Shown: positions 1-9,343, counted from the stretch's first letter. The stretch: 64,000 bases of DNA from Candidatus Jorgensenbacteria bacterium (GCA_043807585.1 JAZDFV010000002.1:25581-89580); one strand, 5' to 3'. Notes: generated by a model not told the origin, from the sequence alone. Numbers and translations: made by a program.

Positions 1-2583
1 GCGGACCTCTTGAAGGGGAAACAGGGCCGGTTCCGGCAGAATCTCCTCGGGAAGCGGGTGGACTATTCCGGCCGCTCCGTGATCGTGGTGGGTCCCGAGC
101 TTGCCCTGAACGAATGCGGGCTCCCCAAGACGCTCGCGCTCGAGCTCTTCCGCCACTTCGTTATCAATAAGATCATCGAGCGGGGCTTCGCCTACAACAT
201 CAAACAGGCGAACCGCTTCATCGAGCAGGGATCGCCCGAGGTGCTCGCCATCTTGGAGGAGGTGATCCAAGACAAGATGGTGCTCCTGAACCGCGCCCCG
301 ACACTCCACCGGCTCGGCATCCAGGCGTTCAGGCCCGTGCTGATCGAGGACCTCGCTATCCGGATTCCGCCACTGGTTTGCGCCGCTTTCAACGCAGATT
401 TTGACGGCGACCAGATGGCGGTACACCTGCCCCTCACCCTAGAGGCGCAATACGAGGCGAGCACTCTCATGGATGCGAGCAAGAACCTACTGAAGCCCGC
501 GAACGGTGACCCTATCGTCTCACCCTCGAATGATGTGGTGCTCGGTTGCTACTTCTTGACGCGGGAGATGCCTGGCGCGAAGGGAGAGGGGAAGATATTC
601 GGGTGCCACGCGGAGGTGGAGTTTGCCTACGAGTTGGGCGCTATCGACATCAACGCAAAGATAACGCTCTGCGAAGGAAGGGAGCGTCTCGAGACCACCT
701 GCGGGCGCCTCATCTTCAACCGCGTGCTTCCCGAAGGGTTCGGGTTCGTGAATGAGCAGTTGGGGAAGAAGCTTCTCTCAAGGCTCGTGGCACGGCTCAT
801 TGACCAGTGCGGCATTGAATCCACCTACCGATACCTCGACCGCATCAAGAACCTTGGATTTGAATACGCGACTGTTTCCTCCGTCACGTGGGGGATGGCC
901 GACACCTTGACCCCAACTGATAAACCAAAGGTCATTGCCGAGGGTGAAGCGCGGGTGGCGCTTATCGAGTCGCAGTACGGCGAGGGGCTTTTGACCGACG
1001 AAGAACGCCGAGAGAAGGTGATCGGGGCGTGGACCGAGGTGCGTGATGAGATTGCGAAACTCGTGCCTAAGGTGCTCGACCCCAAGAACCCCATCTACTC
1101 GATCATTGATTCCGGCGCCCGCGGGAGCTGGGCACAATCACTCCAAATGATGGGTATGAAGGGGATGGTGATGGATACGAAGGGGGAGATCATCGAGCTC
1201 CCAGTTAAGTCCTCCTACAAGGATGGGCTCTCGGTCCTCGAGTACTTCATTTCCACCCACGGTGCCCGCAAGGGTTCCACTGACACGGCGCTCAAAACCG
1301 CGCAGGCGGGTTACCTCACGCGGCGGCTCGTGGATGTGGCGCAGGACCTCGTGATCCAAGAGGCGGACTGTAAATCGAACGAGGGCATTGAAGTGGTACG
1401 GAAGGAGGGCGAGGAGTTCAGCTATGCGTTCGGTGATCGGCTCTACTCACGCGCGAGCGTGGAGGATATCCGCATTGACCGAAAGCTCATCGTGCGGGCA
1501 GGAGAGGTCATCACCCGCGCCGCCGCAAAGGCGATCCAGGACTCCAAACTTGAGTCGGTGAATGTGCGCTCGCCCATCACCTGTAAGACGGTGGGTGGTA
1601 TCTGTGCCGCCTGCTACGGGTTTGATTTGAGCAAGAATCGTGTGGTGGAGGTAGGGGAGGCGGTGGGGATCGTGGCAGCGCAGTCCATCGGCGAGCCGGG
1701 TACCCAGCTCACGCTCCGCACATTCCACACGGGAGGTGTCGCCGGAGTGGACATCACGCATGGTTTGCCACGCGTTGAGGAAATTTTCGAGGCCCGTCCG
1801 CCGCGCGGGAAAGCCCCCCTCATCAAAGCCGATGGAGTGGTTGGGAGCATTGAGGAACGCGGACTTGTGCGGATAGTTAAGGTGAAACTCGCGGCCCCCC
1901 AGGGCAAGAAGACGAAGAAAACACTGGATGAGTATATGCTCCCAGCCGGCGCCACGCTCTACATGAAGGAAGGAGACAAGGTGAAGAAAGGAGACATGCT
2001 CTCGGAGGGCTCCCTCGATCTCCGTGAGCTTCTCGTGTACCGCGGTCTCCAGGCACTCCAGCACTACATTATCAACGAGATCCAGCGCATCTATATCTCG
2101 CAGGGTGCCGGCATCAACGATAAGCACATTGAGGTCATCGTGCGCCAAATGCTCTCGCGCGTGGTGGTGCGGGAGGCGGGCGACACGGAGTTTATGCCCG
2201 GTGACGTGGTGAACCGGTGGGAGTTCGTGCGGGTGAATCGGGAAATGCGCCGTCTGAAAAAACAGGGCGCGAAGGCGGTCCTGAAGGTCATGGGTATTAC
2301 CCGCGTGGCGCTTGATTCCTCAAGCTTTCTCTCCGCGGCGTCCTTCCAGGAGACGAGCCGGGTGCTCGTGGGGGCTGCGGTGGAAGGCCGCGTGGATCCG
2401 CTCCGTGGTTTGAAGGAGAACGTCATCATTGGGAAGCTCATCCCCGCCGGTACCGGCTTCCGCGGGATACCGCCTGAGGCAATCGAGGCGATGCGGCCGA
2501 AGCGCGAGGAAATTCCTCCCGCGGAAGAAGCTTTGCCGACTGGGGAAGCCCCGAAGATTATTGACGCATCCCCGAGTGCGTGA
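1..2583 (+). CDS. rpoC: DNA-directed RNA polymerase subunit beta' (C-terminal part; 5' end lies outside the window)
   Basis: The ORF translation carries the conserved beta' motifs NADFDGDQM and trigger-loop-like regions. The ORF continues upstream of base 1. Confidence 0.95.
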   Translation, partial: ADLLKGKQGRFRQNLLGKRVDYSGRSVIVVGPELALNECGLPKTLALELFRHFVINKIIERGFAYNIKQANRFIEQGSPEVLAILEEVIQDKMVLLNRAPTLHRLGIQAFRPVLIEDLAIRIPPLVCAAFNADFDGDQMAVHLPLTLEAQYEASTLMDASKNLLKPANGDPIVSPSNDVVLGCYFLTREMPGAKGEGKIFGCHAEVEFAYELGAIDINAKITLCEGRERLETTCGRLIFNRVLPEGFGFVNEQLGKKLLSRLVARLIDQCGIESTYRYLDRIKNLGFEYATVSSVTWGMADTLTPTDKPKVIAEGEARVALIESQYGEGLLTDEERREKVIGAWTEVRDEIAKLVPKVLDPKNPIYSIIDSGARGSWAQSLQMMGMKGMVMDTKGEIIELPVKSSYKDGLSVLEYFISTHGARKGSTDTALKTAQAGYLTRRLVDVAQDLVIQEADCKSNEGIEVVRKEGEEFSYAFGDRLYSRASVEDIRIDRKLIVRAGEVITRAAAKAIQDSKLESVNVRSPITCKTVGGICAACYGFDLSKNRVVEVGEAVGIVAAQSIGEPGTQLTLRTFHTGGVAGVDITHGLPRVEEIFEARPPRGKAPLIKADGVVGSIEERGLVRIVKVKLAAPQGKKTKKTLDEYMLPAGATLYMKEGDKVKKGDMLSEGSLDLRELLVYRGLQALQHYIINEIQRIYISQGAGINDKHIEVIVRQMLSRVVVREAGDTEFMPGDVVNRWEFVRVNREMRRLKKQGAKAVLKVMGITRVALDSSSFLSAASFQETSRVLVGAAVEGRVDPLRGLKENVIIGKLIPAGTGFRGIPPEAIEAMRPKREEIPPAEEALPTGEAPKIIDASPSA

Positions 2584-2758
2584 TACGGTTACGATTGCTA
2601 CGAATTACGAATTTGGTACGAATATACGAAACGCTCCGCTTCTCTACGAATTACTAATTTCTTACGAATATACGAAAACGACTTCACATCTTATTAACAA
2701 TTTCGTATATTCGTATACTTTTCGTATTTCGTAGCCCTTTGGTACTTTCGTATGTTTT
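2584..2758. repeat. TACGAA/TTCGTA word-palindrome element (tandem TACGAA words followed by tandem TTCGTA words)
   Basis: Repeated tacgaa units occur on the left and ttcgta units on the right. The element is near-identical to 4126-4236. Confidence 0.8.
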
Positions 2759-3190
2759 ATGAATATTGAGACAGAAACAGAGAATGGTACGCACTTCGAG
2801 GTATCCTACCTCGAGCGGAGTGAAGGTGCCGCCGGTCTCAAGGCCGCGATTGAGCGGCACCGCGGCCGCGTGATTGCGGAAAAACCGCTGGAGAAGGTGC
2901 GCCTTTCTTATCCGATAAAGAAGCAATCTTATGCGTTCTTGGGATGCGTGGAATTCACTATGGAACCAGCGGAGCTCACTGAATTCCAAGCGGAGCTTCG
3001 TCTGAACGGCGAGATGCTCCGGATGCTCCTGCACCGTGCGGAACATCCGGATGTAGGTTCCGCTAGGGAAACCCCAACGCCCGCTGCGGCGCCGAGAGTT
3101 CAGCCCACGCGCCCCGCGCGGCAAAAGGAAGAACCTCCCATTCTCACTAACGAGGCGCTTGAAAAGAAGATAGAAGAGATACTGCAGTAG
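2759..3190 (+). CDS. rpsF: 30S ribosomal protein S6
   Basis: The 143-aa ORF has an S6-like sequence. It sits in the conserved rpsF-ssb-rpsR arrangement. Confidence 0.8.
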   Translation: MNIETETENGTHFEVSYLERSEGAAGLKAAIERHRGRVIAEKPLEKVRLSYPIKKQSYAFLGCVEFTMEPAELTEFQAELRLNGEMLRMLLHRAEHPDVGSARETPTPAAAPRVQPTRPARQKEEPPILTNEALEKKIEEILQ

Positions 3191-3262
3191 GTTTACGATG
3201 ACTATGACTATAACTATGACTGGAATTCGTGGTCATCGTCATTGTCATTAGTCATTGTTTTT
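3191..3262. repeat. ATGAC/GTCAT word-palindrome upstream of ssb
   Basis: Words gactatgac x3 are followed by gtcatcgtcattgtcattagtcatt. Confidence 0.7.
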
Positions 3263-3300
3263 TGTTACTATTTACCTACAGGAAACAATAGACAAAATAT

Positions 3301-3828
3301 ATGAATCTAAATAAAGTTTTTTTAATTGGGCGTCTCACTGCCGATCCCCAGCTCCGAACCACTACGGCTGGCCAGTCGGTGGCAAGTTTTTCCGTGGCGA
3401 CGAACCGCACATGGACCAACAAGCAGGGAGAACGGCAGGAGGACGTGCAGTTCCACAATGTGGTGCTGTGGGGGCGGCAGGCGGAGATCGCGAACCAGTT
3501 CCTCCGGAAGGGGAGCATGGTGATGGTGGAGGGGCGCCTCCAGAACCGCAGCTGGCAGGATAAGCAGGGGCAGAACCGCACTACGACCGAGGTTGTTGGC
3601 GAGCGCATCCAGCTCGGACCCCGCGGCGCGGGTGTGGGTGGCCCTTCGACGGGTTCGACAGGCACTTCGGCCGTGAGCTCAGTGCCGAACGGCTCACCGC
3701 AGGCAAGTTCAGGATTTGGAAACAAACAGGGTTCTCCTGTAGAGGGCACTGATGAGGCAAAGGAGGAGCCGCTCCCCGAGATCAACGTGGATGATGGTGA
3801 AGTAAAACCAGAGAACATCCCGTTTTAA
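3301..3828 (+). CDS. ssb: single-stranded DNA-binding protein
   Basis: An OB-fold SSB sequence is followed by a Gly/Ser-rich linker and an acidic C-terminal tip (DDGEVKPENIPF). Confidence 0.9.
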   Translation: MNLNKVFLIGRLTADPQLRTTTAGQSVASFSVATNRTWTNKQGERQEDVQFHNVVLWGRQAEIANQFLRKGSMVMVEGRLQNRSWQDKQGQNRTTTEVVGERIQLGPRGAGVGGPSTGSTGTSAVSSVPNGSPQASSGFGNKQGSPVEGTDEAKEEPLPEINVDDGEVKPENIPF

Positions 3829-3924
3829 ACCACCATGACCATGACAATAACAATGACAGGGGAAGGGAAGGAAAGAAATTATTTTCCTGCTCGTCATAGT
3901 CATCGGTCATCGTTATCGTAATTT
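3829..3924. repeat. ATGAC/GTCAT word-palindrome downstream of ssb
   Basis: catgaccatgacaataacaatgaca ... tcgtcatagtcatcggtcatcg form an inverted word array. Confidence 0.7.
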
Positions 3925-4125
3925 ATGCGACAGTGCGTTTTTTGTTCCCAGAACGCGAAGACCATTGATTACCGGAGCGTGGACGTGCTCCGCCGTTTTG
4001 TTTCCGGCCAGGCAAAGATCATAGATCCGCGCCACACGGGGGTCTGCGCCAAGCACCAGCGGCGTCTCGCACGCGCGGTGAAGCGCGCGCGCATCATGGG
4101 GCTACTACCCTTCGTGCGCAGATAG
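3925..4125 (+). CDS. rpsR: 30S ribosomal protein S18
   Basis: The 66-aa S18 sequence includes [13 protein letters not shown]...[11 protein letters not shown]. Confidence 0.9.
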   Translation: MRQCVFCSQNAKTIDYRSVDVLRRFVSGQAKIIDPRHTGVCAKHQRRLARAVKRARIMGLLPFVRR

Positions 4126-4236
4126 CTACGAAATACGAATTTTTTACGAATTTACGAAAACGATTTATAACAGTTTCGTATATTCGTATTATTTCGTATT
4201 TCGTAGCCCTTAGGTATTTTCATATTTCGTAGCGCT
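4126..4236. repeat. TACGAA/TTCGTA word-palindrome element (second copy)
   Basis: About 100 nt are near-identical to 2620-2750 (acgaat.tacgaaaacga...tttcgtatattcgtat..tttcgtatttcgtagccctt.ggta). Confidence 0.8.
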
Positions 4237-4758
4237 ATGGACCTCATACTTTTCAACTTTATTCATTCGTTTGCGGAGAAGTGGTCACTCGTTGACTGGG
4301 GTAGCGTGCTCGTCGCCCAGTACCTCCCCTACGCGATGGGAATCGCCGCTGTCGTGTTTCTCTTTCGTATGGAGCCGTGGAAGGTGCGGGTAGAGGCCTT
4401 TTTAGCAACCGCGCTTTCTCTTCTCCTCGCGCGCGGGTTGCTCACGGAGCTCATCCGTTTCCTTTATGACCGCCCGCGGCCGTTTGTGGAACTCGGGTTC
4501 ACGCCGCTCATCTCGGAGAACAGTGCTTCGTTCCCCTCGGGGCACGCGGCGTTTTTCTTTGCCCTCTCCGCTGTGATTTTCTCCGTGAACCGCACGTGGG
4601 GGTGGTGGTTCCTCGGTCTCTCGCTCTTGAACGGCATTGCGCGCGTCTACGCTGGCGTGCATTGGCCGAGCGACATCCTCGCGGGCGCGGCGGTAGGTGT
4701 CTTCTCGTTCCTCGCGGTGCAGAAGCTTCTCAAACGGGCGCCGGAGCGCGCTTCTTAA
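4237..4758 (+). CDS. PAP2-family membrane phosphatase
   Basis: PAP2 motifs PSGH and SR...H...D are present (RVYAGVHWPSDIL), along with several TM segments. Confidence 0.75.
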   Translation: MDLILFNFIHSFAEKWSLVDWGSVLVAQYLPYAMGIAAVVFLFRMEPWKVRVEAFLATALSLLLARGLLTELIRFLYDRPRPFVELGFTPLISENSASFPSGHAAFFFALSAVIFSVNRTWGWWFLGLSLLNGIARVYAGVHWPSDILAGAAVGVFSFLAVQKLLKRAPERAS

Positions 4759-4768
4759 CCCCAGCTGT

Positions 4769-4803
4769 CCGGAGGCCTCACCTCCTCAGGAGGTGAGGCC
4801 TCC
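4769..4803 (+). terminator. GC-rich hairpin (ggaggcctcacctcc / ggaggtgaggcctcc) after the PAP2 gene
   Basis: It is a perfect 15-bp inverted repeat that belongs to the recurring CCTCC-loop-GGAGG hairpin family. Confidence 0.6.
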
Positions 4804-4822
4804 CCAAATTGAACCAAATAGA

Positions 4823-5101
4823 TTACACAAAAAACGACAGTAGCTTGAGTTTTATTTTTTCTACCTCGCTCGCGTCCAAATTGTCCGAAGCGTTGAGTTT
4901 CAGATCGCGGATGGCCCGCGCGGCCTCTTCTTTTGAAATACCCTCGGAGAGATAGCGGCCGAAAACCGCCTTCACATACTCCTGCTCCTCTGGGGAGAGC
5001 GCCGAAATCTGCCGGAGGAGCATATCAAGCTTCTCTCTTGAGAGGTGTTTCCCGCCGGAAGGCGAGAGAAAGTCAAAGATACCCATATCAATAAATATCA
5101 A
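4823..5101 (-). CDS. hypothetical small protein (92 aa), AT-rich
   Basis: It is an ORF in the AT-rich islet with no recognised domain. Confidence 0.4.
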   Translation of the reverse strand: MIFIDMGIFDFLSPSGGKHLSREKLDMLLRQISALSPEEQEYVKAVFGRYLSEGISKEEAARAIRDLKLNASDNLDASEVEKIKLKLLSFFV

Positions 5102-5141
5102 GTATTAAGAATCAAATGTCAAATATGTTGTAGGCATACTT

Positions 5142-5165
5142 TCTTATTCGCGCGAATAAGAAAGT
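5142..5165. promoter_or_regulatory. 24-bp perfect palindrome tttcttattcgcgcgaataagaaa (core ATTCGCGCGAAT)
   Basis: The palindrome is perfect, and the same core recurs at 19558 and 32978 upstream of genes. Confidence 0.5.
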
Positions 5166-5234
5166 ACGAGATTTTGAGAGATTGAGAAGCATAAAATAGG
5201 TAAATGCCGAACCACAAGTTTTTTCTTTGGATCG

Positions 5235-6281
5235 CTAAGCGTTCCTTTTATCCCGCTTAGCGGGAATGGCGGCAAATTCTTTCAAATATTTTTTGACCTT
5301 TCCAATAAATAAATCAATTAATAGTATAAAAATTATTAAAAGCAAAATTACCAATAGTTTATGCGTTACCCAAAAGGCATTGATATATATCCAAATATCA
5401 TAGAAAAATCTGTCAAACCAATTGTAATCAGGCGAGGGGAATCTTATTACTTCTTTATTAGCTTTATCGCCATTAACATCTACTTTGATATAGTGATAAA
5501 AATAATGGTCGGGGTCCGTTCCCATTAGTTCAGAACCAGCGCCGCCGGTAATAATATAATTTATTCCATTTTTTGTTTCATCGAAATAAGCATGAATATG
5601 GGAAGCAAAAACAGTATCAACTTTATACTTTTCCATTAAATTAATAAATTCTTGAGCATTCTGTTTGTCGGATAGGGAATGATTGGTGTTGGGACGGGGG
5701 TCAAAAGCTGGCACATGTAAAAAGACAAATTTATGTTGATAGTTTCTCTGCAATTGTTCCTCCAGCCATTTCATCTGCACCGCATCAATTCTTGTTTCAT
5801 TAGCATCGTCTAAGACAACGAATAAAGAATTGCCATAATCAAATGAATAATAAAATTTGCCAAAAATATCAAAATAGTTTTCTGCCCCGCCCTCTCGGAT
5901 ATCGTGATTGCCAACCGCGACCAAAAACGGTGTCTGCTCGTTTTTTATCATATTGTAAAAGATCCGGTATTTTGCTTTTTCACCGTCATACACCAAATCC
6001 CCAACATCAATGGCAAAAGTATAGTGGTTGTTGTCAATATCTTTCAGAATTTTACTAAATATTTTGAAGCTATTTTTATTATCGCCCATCACGGCAAAGC
6101 TGAAGTTGTCTGAAGGCGCGGAAGAATGAATTTTATCAATTTGTTTTTGATTATAATTGCCCGGGCCAACCGGCAAATAATCGTTTAGGCCAATGGTTAT
6201 TAGCAAAATAGCAATGACAACAACGGCAGCAATATGACGCTTTTTAGAGAAATATTTTTTAAAATTATCTTTTAATGACAT
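5235..6281 (-). CDS. membrane-anchored calcineurin-like metallophosphoesterase
   Basis: Phosphoesterase motifs GD, GDLVYDG, GNHD and ASHIH are present, with N- and C-terminal hydrophobic segments. The start was chosen at the internal Met (MSLKDN) because the longer ORF runs into the tRNA-like fragment. Confidence 0.7.
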   Translation of the reverse strand: MSLKDNFKKYFSKKRHIAAVVVIAILLITIGLNDYLPVGPGNYNQKQIDKIHSSAPSDNFSFAVMGDNKNSFKIFSKILKDIDNNHYTFAIDVGDLVYDGEKAKYRIFYNMIKNEQTPFLVAVGNHDIREGGAENYFDIFGKFYYSFDYGNSLFVVLDDANETRIDAVQMKWLEEQLQRNYQHKFVFLHVPAFDPRPNTNHSLSDKQNAQEFINLMEKYKVDTVFASHIHAYFDETKNGINYIITGGAGSELMGTDPDHYFYHYIKVDVNGDKANKEVIRFPSPDYNWFDRFFYDIWIYINAFWVTHKLLVILLLIIFILLIDLFIGKVKKYLKEFAAIPAKRDKRNA

Positions 6282-6317
6282 ATGTTTGTGGGACGCTGAG
6301 CGTCCCGATAACAACGC

Positions 6318-6354
6318 TAAGCGTTGTGCCCGGGGTGGGGGTCGAACCCACACG
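6318..6354 (-). other. degenerate tRNA 3'-half-like fragment (T-arm plus acceptor 3' strand)
   Basis: The minus-strand sequence GTGGG-TTCGACC-CCCAC-CCCGGGC-A looks like a tRNA 3' half. It shares gaacccacacgg with the fragment at 9046-9115. Confidence 0.5.
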
Positions 6355-6363
6355 GCCTTGCGA

Positions 6364-6630
6364 TCACAGGAGTTCTTCAAGCCGTTCGCGTTCCTCGTTG
6401 ATCAGTTCTTGCCATGTGAACGTGCTTTTCCCGCACAGAAATTCCCGCTTCATTTTTTGGTTGTTGTAGAAGAAATTTATCCACGCCCTGCCTTCGGTCG
6501 CGAGATTCACAAAATTTGCTAGCTCTTGGTCGTTCGCCCTGCTGAACAATCTCATCAATTCGCCTCGCTCGATCCCTCCAAGGGTCGAATTTCTTACAAT
6601 GGTTTCAAGTTTGTATAAGTTCGATTCCAT
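6364..6630 (-). CDS. hypothetical protein (88 aa), translationally coupled to the upstream large gene
   Basis: The ORF lies 5 nt after the stop of the 6636..9044 gene, and the region is AT-rich. Confidence 0.4.
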   Translation of the reverse strand: MESNLYKLETIVRNSTLGGIERGELMRLFSRANDQELANFVNLATEGRAWINFFYNNQKMKREFLCGKSTFTWQELINEERERLEELL

Positions 6631-6635
6631 GTTGG

Positions 6636-9044
6636 TTATTTTTCCGGCGATAGGATTTTGTTGTAGGCCTTGAGGAAAAGCACGCCAAGGTTTTTGTCCG
6701 GAGCGACGTAATTTTTGAAATCCTTGTTATTTTTGAAGAGGTTGCCCGCTTTAGCCCAAAGTTCCTGCCATTTTATATTCTTGCCGCTTCGTATCTCATT
6801 GTTGAGCATCTTGAGAAGCTGGTCATTCACCAATTTTACCCCAGTTCCTTTTGTCGAGATGATGTGAGCGTTCGGCGCGCGTTCGAGAACCGCTGCCATG
6901 TTGTTATACCCGCCGCACGAGCCGAGCGATACTATTTTTGCGATTGGAGGTATTCTCTCGATTGTTTTATGGGCGTGATAGCTGTGCCCGCGATGAACTA
7001 CCACGATTGTTTCTATATGTTTCTGCGCGAGAATCTCGTCTATCTTTTTTGGACCCTCGTCCTCATAACTTGGACGGTTCGCATATATTTCGACTTTCTT
7101 TCCGATTCCTTGGGAAACGATCCGCACGTATTCTTTTTTTGCTTCTATGCGCCATTCCGGACTGCCGGCATATTGTGAAAGAAAATTTTTGAACGACCCA
7201 TCGCCGTCTTTGTCGTTATAGAAAAAATATTGCTGGATGTTCGTTCCGTCTTTGTTGAAGAGGTCTTTTGAGGGGATTTCAGTTAGGTTCTGAAGTTTAT
7301 ATTTCTCCGACATTTCGTGTATCCATTCCTTGTTTGCTATAGCTTTCTCGCCAAACATGCCGCTCAAAAGTCCGTAGAGCGTTTTTCCCTCTTCGCTGTT
7401 TTCATTTTTTGCGCGTTCGTATTCGTCTTTGATTTTATCCTGAAACACTTCCAATATTTTTTTGTCTTTCACTATACCAAAGATTTCAGCGACGGTTGTG
7501 GCTTGCATGAGCTTATCTCCCTCTTTCTCTATATTAGAAATAGATCTTTCGAGGACGGTTTTACGCGCGGTTTCGTCCATAGTGTTCAAAAAATCATCCA
7601 ATCTGTTAAAACTAGCGCAGAGTTTTATCAATGTTCTGAATTTATTGTAGCCGTTTTGCTCAAGCAATTGATCGCCGGAGACGTGTTCACTTTTCATTTT
7701 CTCCACAAATCTATTGAACAAACCATTGAACGATGAGGTAAACAACTCCTCATCCCCATAGGTCATGAGAAGGTAGAGTTTCTGTGAAGAATGGTTTTCA
7801 ACCGATTTGAAACGCACGGGGTCCGTTGCTTCATGCAGGTCATTTATTTGCCTTACTTCTTTCAGCACCATCGTCTTTAGATATTTATCAGCTATTTCAC
7901 TTCCAAGGTGGTCCGGACGACTTTTAATCTCCATTAGTTTTTCTAGGAATTTTCCATCGTTTTTTGCGATATTGGCCGTTTCCTCAAGGCTCGTATTTTT
8001 TCTTACGATTTCATCGGTTAGTGCACACATTTTTTCTTGAATGTCGGGCGCGTATGTTGATTTTTTAATTTTTGACAATGTCTGTATGAACGGATCTTTG
8101 CTTTCGTTAAGTATTTTATTCACTTCTCTCTCAATGCCTTTTTCATTATCGATTGTATTGTACGGATCTATAATACCTTCTGGAAATTGCTTGATTGCAT
8201 GCTCAATCATTTCCCTTGCATCGGTAGCAGACGCAAGATTATCTGCGTGTCTTAAAACTGCCCACGGTTCAGTGAAAGCCACTCTCTCAACTATTTTCTT
8301 TCCCCACGGTGTGTTTACAAAATTCTCTGCATGGAAAATTATTGTTGGTGCAGTATTTATTTGCGTTGCCGCTTTTTCTAGAATTTTTTGCGCGTATGGT
8401 TGTGTAATAAAACGGTCTGCAAATTCAAAGGCACCCCAAGGGTCGAAATCTGCCGCTTTTTCTATTATTTTTTCTGCGTAGGGCTCATCTATAAAACGGT
8501 CGGCGAACTCAAGTACTAAGGAATGATTTGTTTTGATAGCTTGCTCTACAACTCGTTTGAGAATATCTTTTCCATTTGGGATGTTTTTATAGTTTTCCGC
8601 ATAACGGAGTGCGCCATAACATCTAGAATAGGGAGGGGGTTGGAATCGCTGCGGATCTAGCATCCCTGCACTCTCATTAACAGCTCCCTCAATGATTTTG
8701 TATGCCCATGGTTTGTACTCGTAGCTATCCGCGACCTCAAGCGCATCAATTGGTTGAAGTCTTGCTAATTCTGCGTACGCTTGTTCATCCAATGAACGTT
8801 TTCCTTCAATCTCCTGTTCGTGGAATCTTGTATATTTGCTGTGCGCAGATTCTGGCCGATCCCTCATCTCCACGATCGAGAGGGTGGTAATGAGGGTAAG
8901 CGCTTTAATGACCAAGCCGCTTTTTTCACGGATTCGCCCGAGTATCGTTTTCTCTTCGGTCTCCAACTTCTCAACGCCCTTTTCCGCGGCGTTTTCTTGA
9001 ATTTCGTTCCCTTCCGGTGAATCGTTTTGTTTTTCGAAATCCAT
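6636..9044 (-). CDS. large helical-repeat (HEAT/TPR-like) protein with a C-terminal putative CHAT (caspase-like) peptidase domain
   Basis: About 38-aa repeats (ADRFI..PYA.KI.EKAA.FDPWGAFE) are followed by a His/Cys dyad-like VVVHRGHSYH ... IVSLGSCGGYN. The start was chosen at MDFEKQN because the longer ORF overlaps tRNA-Leu. Confidence 0.6.
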   Translation of the reverse strand: MDFEKQNDSPEGNEIQENAAEKGVEKLETEEKTILGRIREKSGLVIKALTLITTLSIVEMRDRPESAHSKYTRFHEQEIEGKRSLDEQAYAELARLQPIDALEVADSYEYKPWAYKIIEGAVNESAGMLDPQRFQPPPYSRCYGALRYAENYKNIPNGKDILKRVVEQAIKTNHSLVLEFADRFIDEPYAEKIIEKAADFDPWGAFEFADRFITQPYAQKILEKAATQINTAPTIIFHAENFVNTPWGKKIVERVAFTEPWAVLRHADNLASATDAREMIEHAIKQFPEGIIDPYNTIDNEKGIEREVNKILNESKDPFIQTLSKIKKSTYAPDIQEKMCALTDEIVRKNTSLEETANIAKNDGKFLEKLMEIKSRPDHLGSEIADKYLKTMVLKEVRQINDLHEATDPVRFKSVENHSSQKLYLLMTYGDEELFTSSFNGLFNRFVEKMKSEHVSGDQLLEQNGYNKFRTLIKLCASFNRLDDFLNTMDETARKTVLERSISNIEKEGDKLMQATTVAEIFGIVKDKKILEVFQDKIKDEYERAKNENSEEGKTLYGLLSGMFGEKAIANKEWIHEMSEKYKLQNLTEIPSKDLFNKDGTNIQQYFFYNDKDGDGSFKNFLSQYAGSPEWRIEAKKEYVRIVSQGIGKKVEIYANRPSYEDEGPKKIDEILAQKHIETIVVVHRGHSYHAHKTIERIPPIAKIVSLGSCGGYNNMAAVLERAPNAHIISTKGTGVKLVNDQLLKMLNNEIRSGKNIKWQELWAKAGNLFKNNKDFKNYVAPDKNLGVLFLKAYNKILSPEK

Positions 9045-9045
9045 A

Positions 9046-9115
9046 TTTTGTGTGGTGCCCGAGGTGGGAATCCCAGCCTTCGCCTGACTACGGACGGGCA
9101 GGGAACCCACACGGT
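9046..9115 (-). other. tRNA-like 3'-end fragment abutting tRNA-Leu
   Basis: The minus-strand sequence ends ...GATTCCCACCTCGGGCACCA, which resembles the tRNA-Leu 3' end GATTCCCTCCTCGCCCA. It shares ccgtgtgggttc with the 6318-6354 fragment. Confidence 0.45.
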
Positions 9116-9197
9116 GTGGGCGAGGAGGGAATCGAACCCTCATGGGTTGCCCCACACGATTTTGAGTCGTGCGCGTATACCGTTCCGCCACTCGCCC
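9116..9197 (-). tRNA. tRNA-Leu (anticodon CAA)
   Basis: Manual fold: acceptor GGGCGAG/CTCGCCC, anticodon stem CACGA/TCGTG with loop CTCAAAA, a long variable arm and T-arm GAGGG-TTCGATT-CCCTC. Confidence 0.85.
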
Positions 9198-9343
9198 TCT
9201 CCTTTCGCGTTGATATTACCACAAAAATTCGGTACAGTAAATTAAACTATGGCTCGCGTAACCCTTCGACAGGCTCAGGGTTTCCAATCACAGAATCAAG
9301 TTTGTTCGGTATTTATGTGGAGAATCCAAATTTTATACAAAAC

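Noticed and set aside
9046-9115. A second complete tRNA next to tRNA-Leu
   Set aside because: No cloverleaf could be formed: only an acceptor-3'/T-arm-like segment is present, with a 41-nt insertion in the T-loop. It was called a tRNA-like fragment instead.
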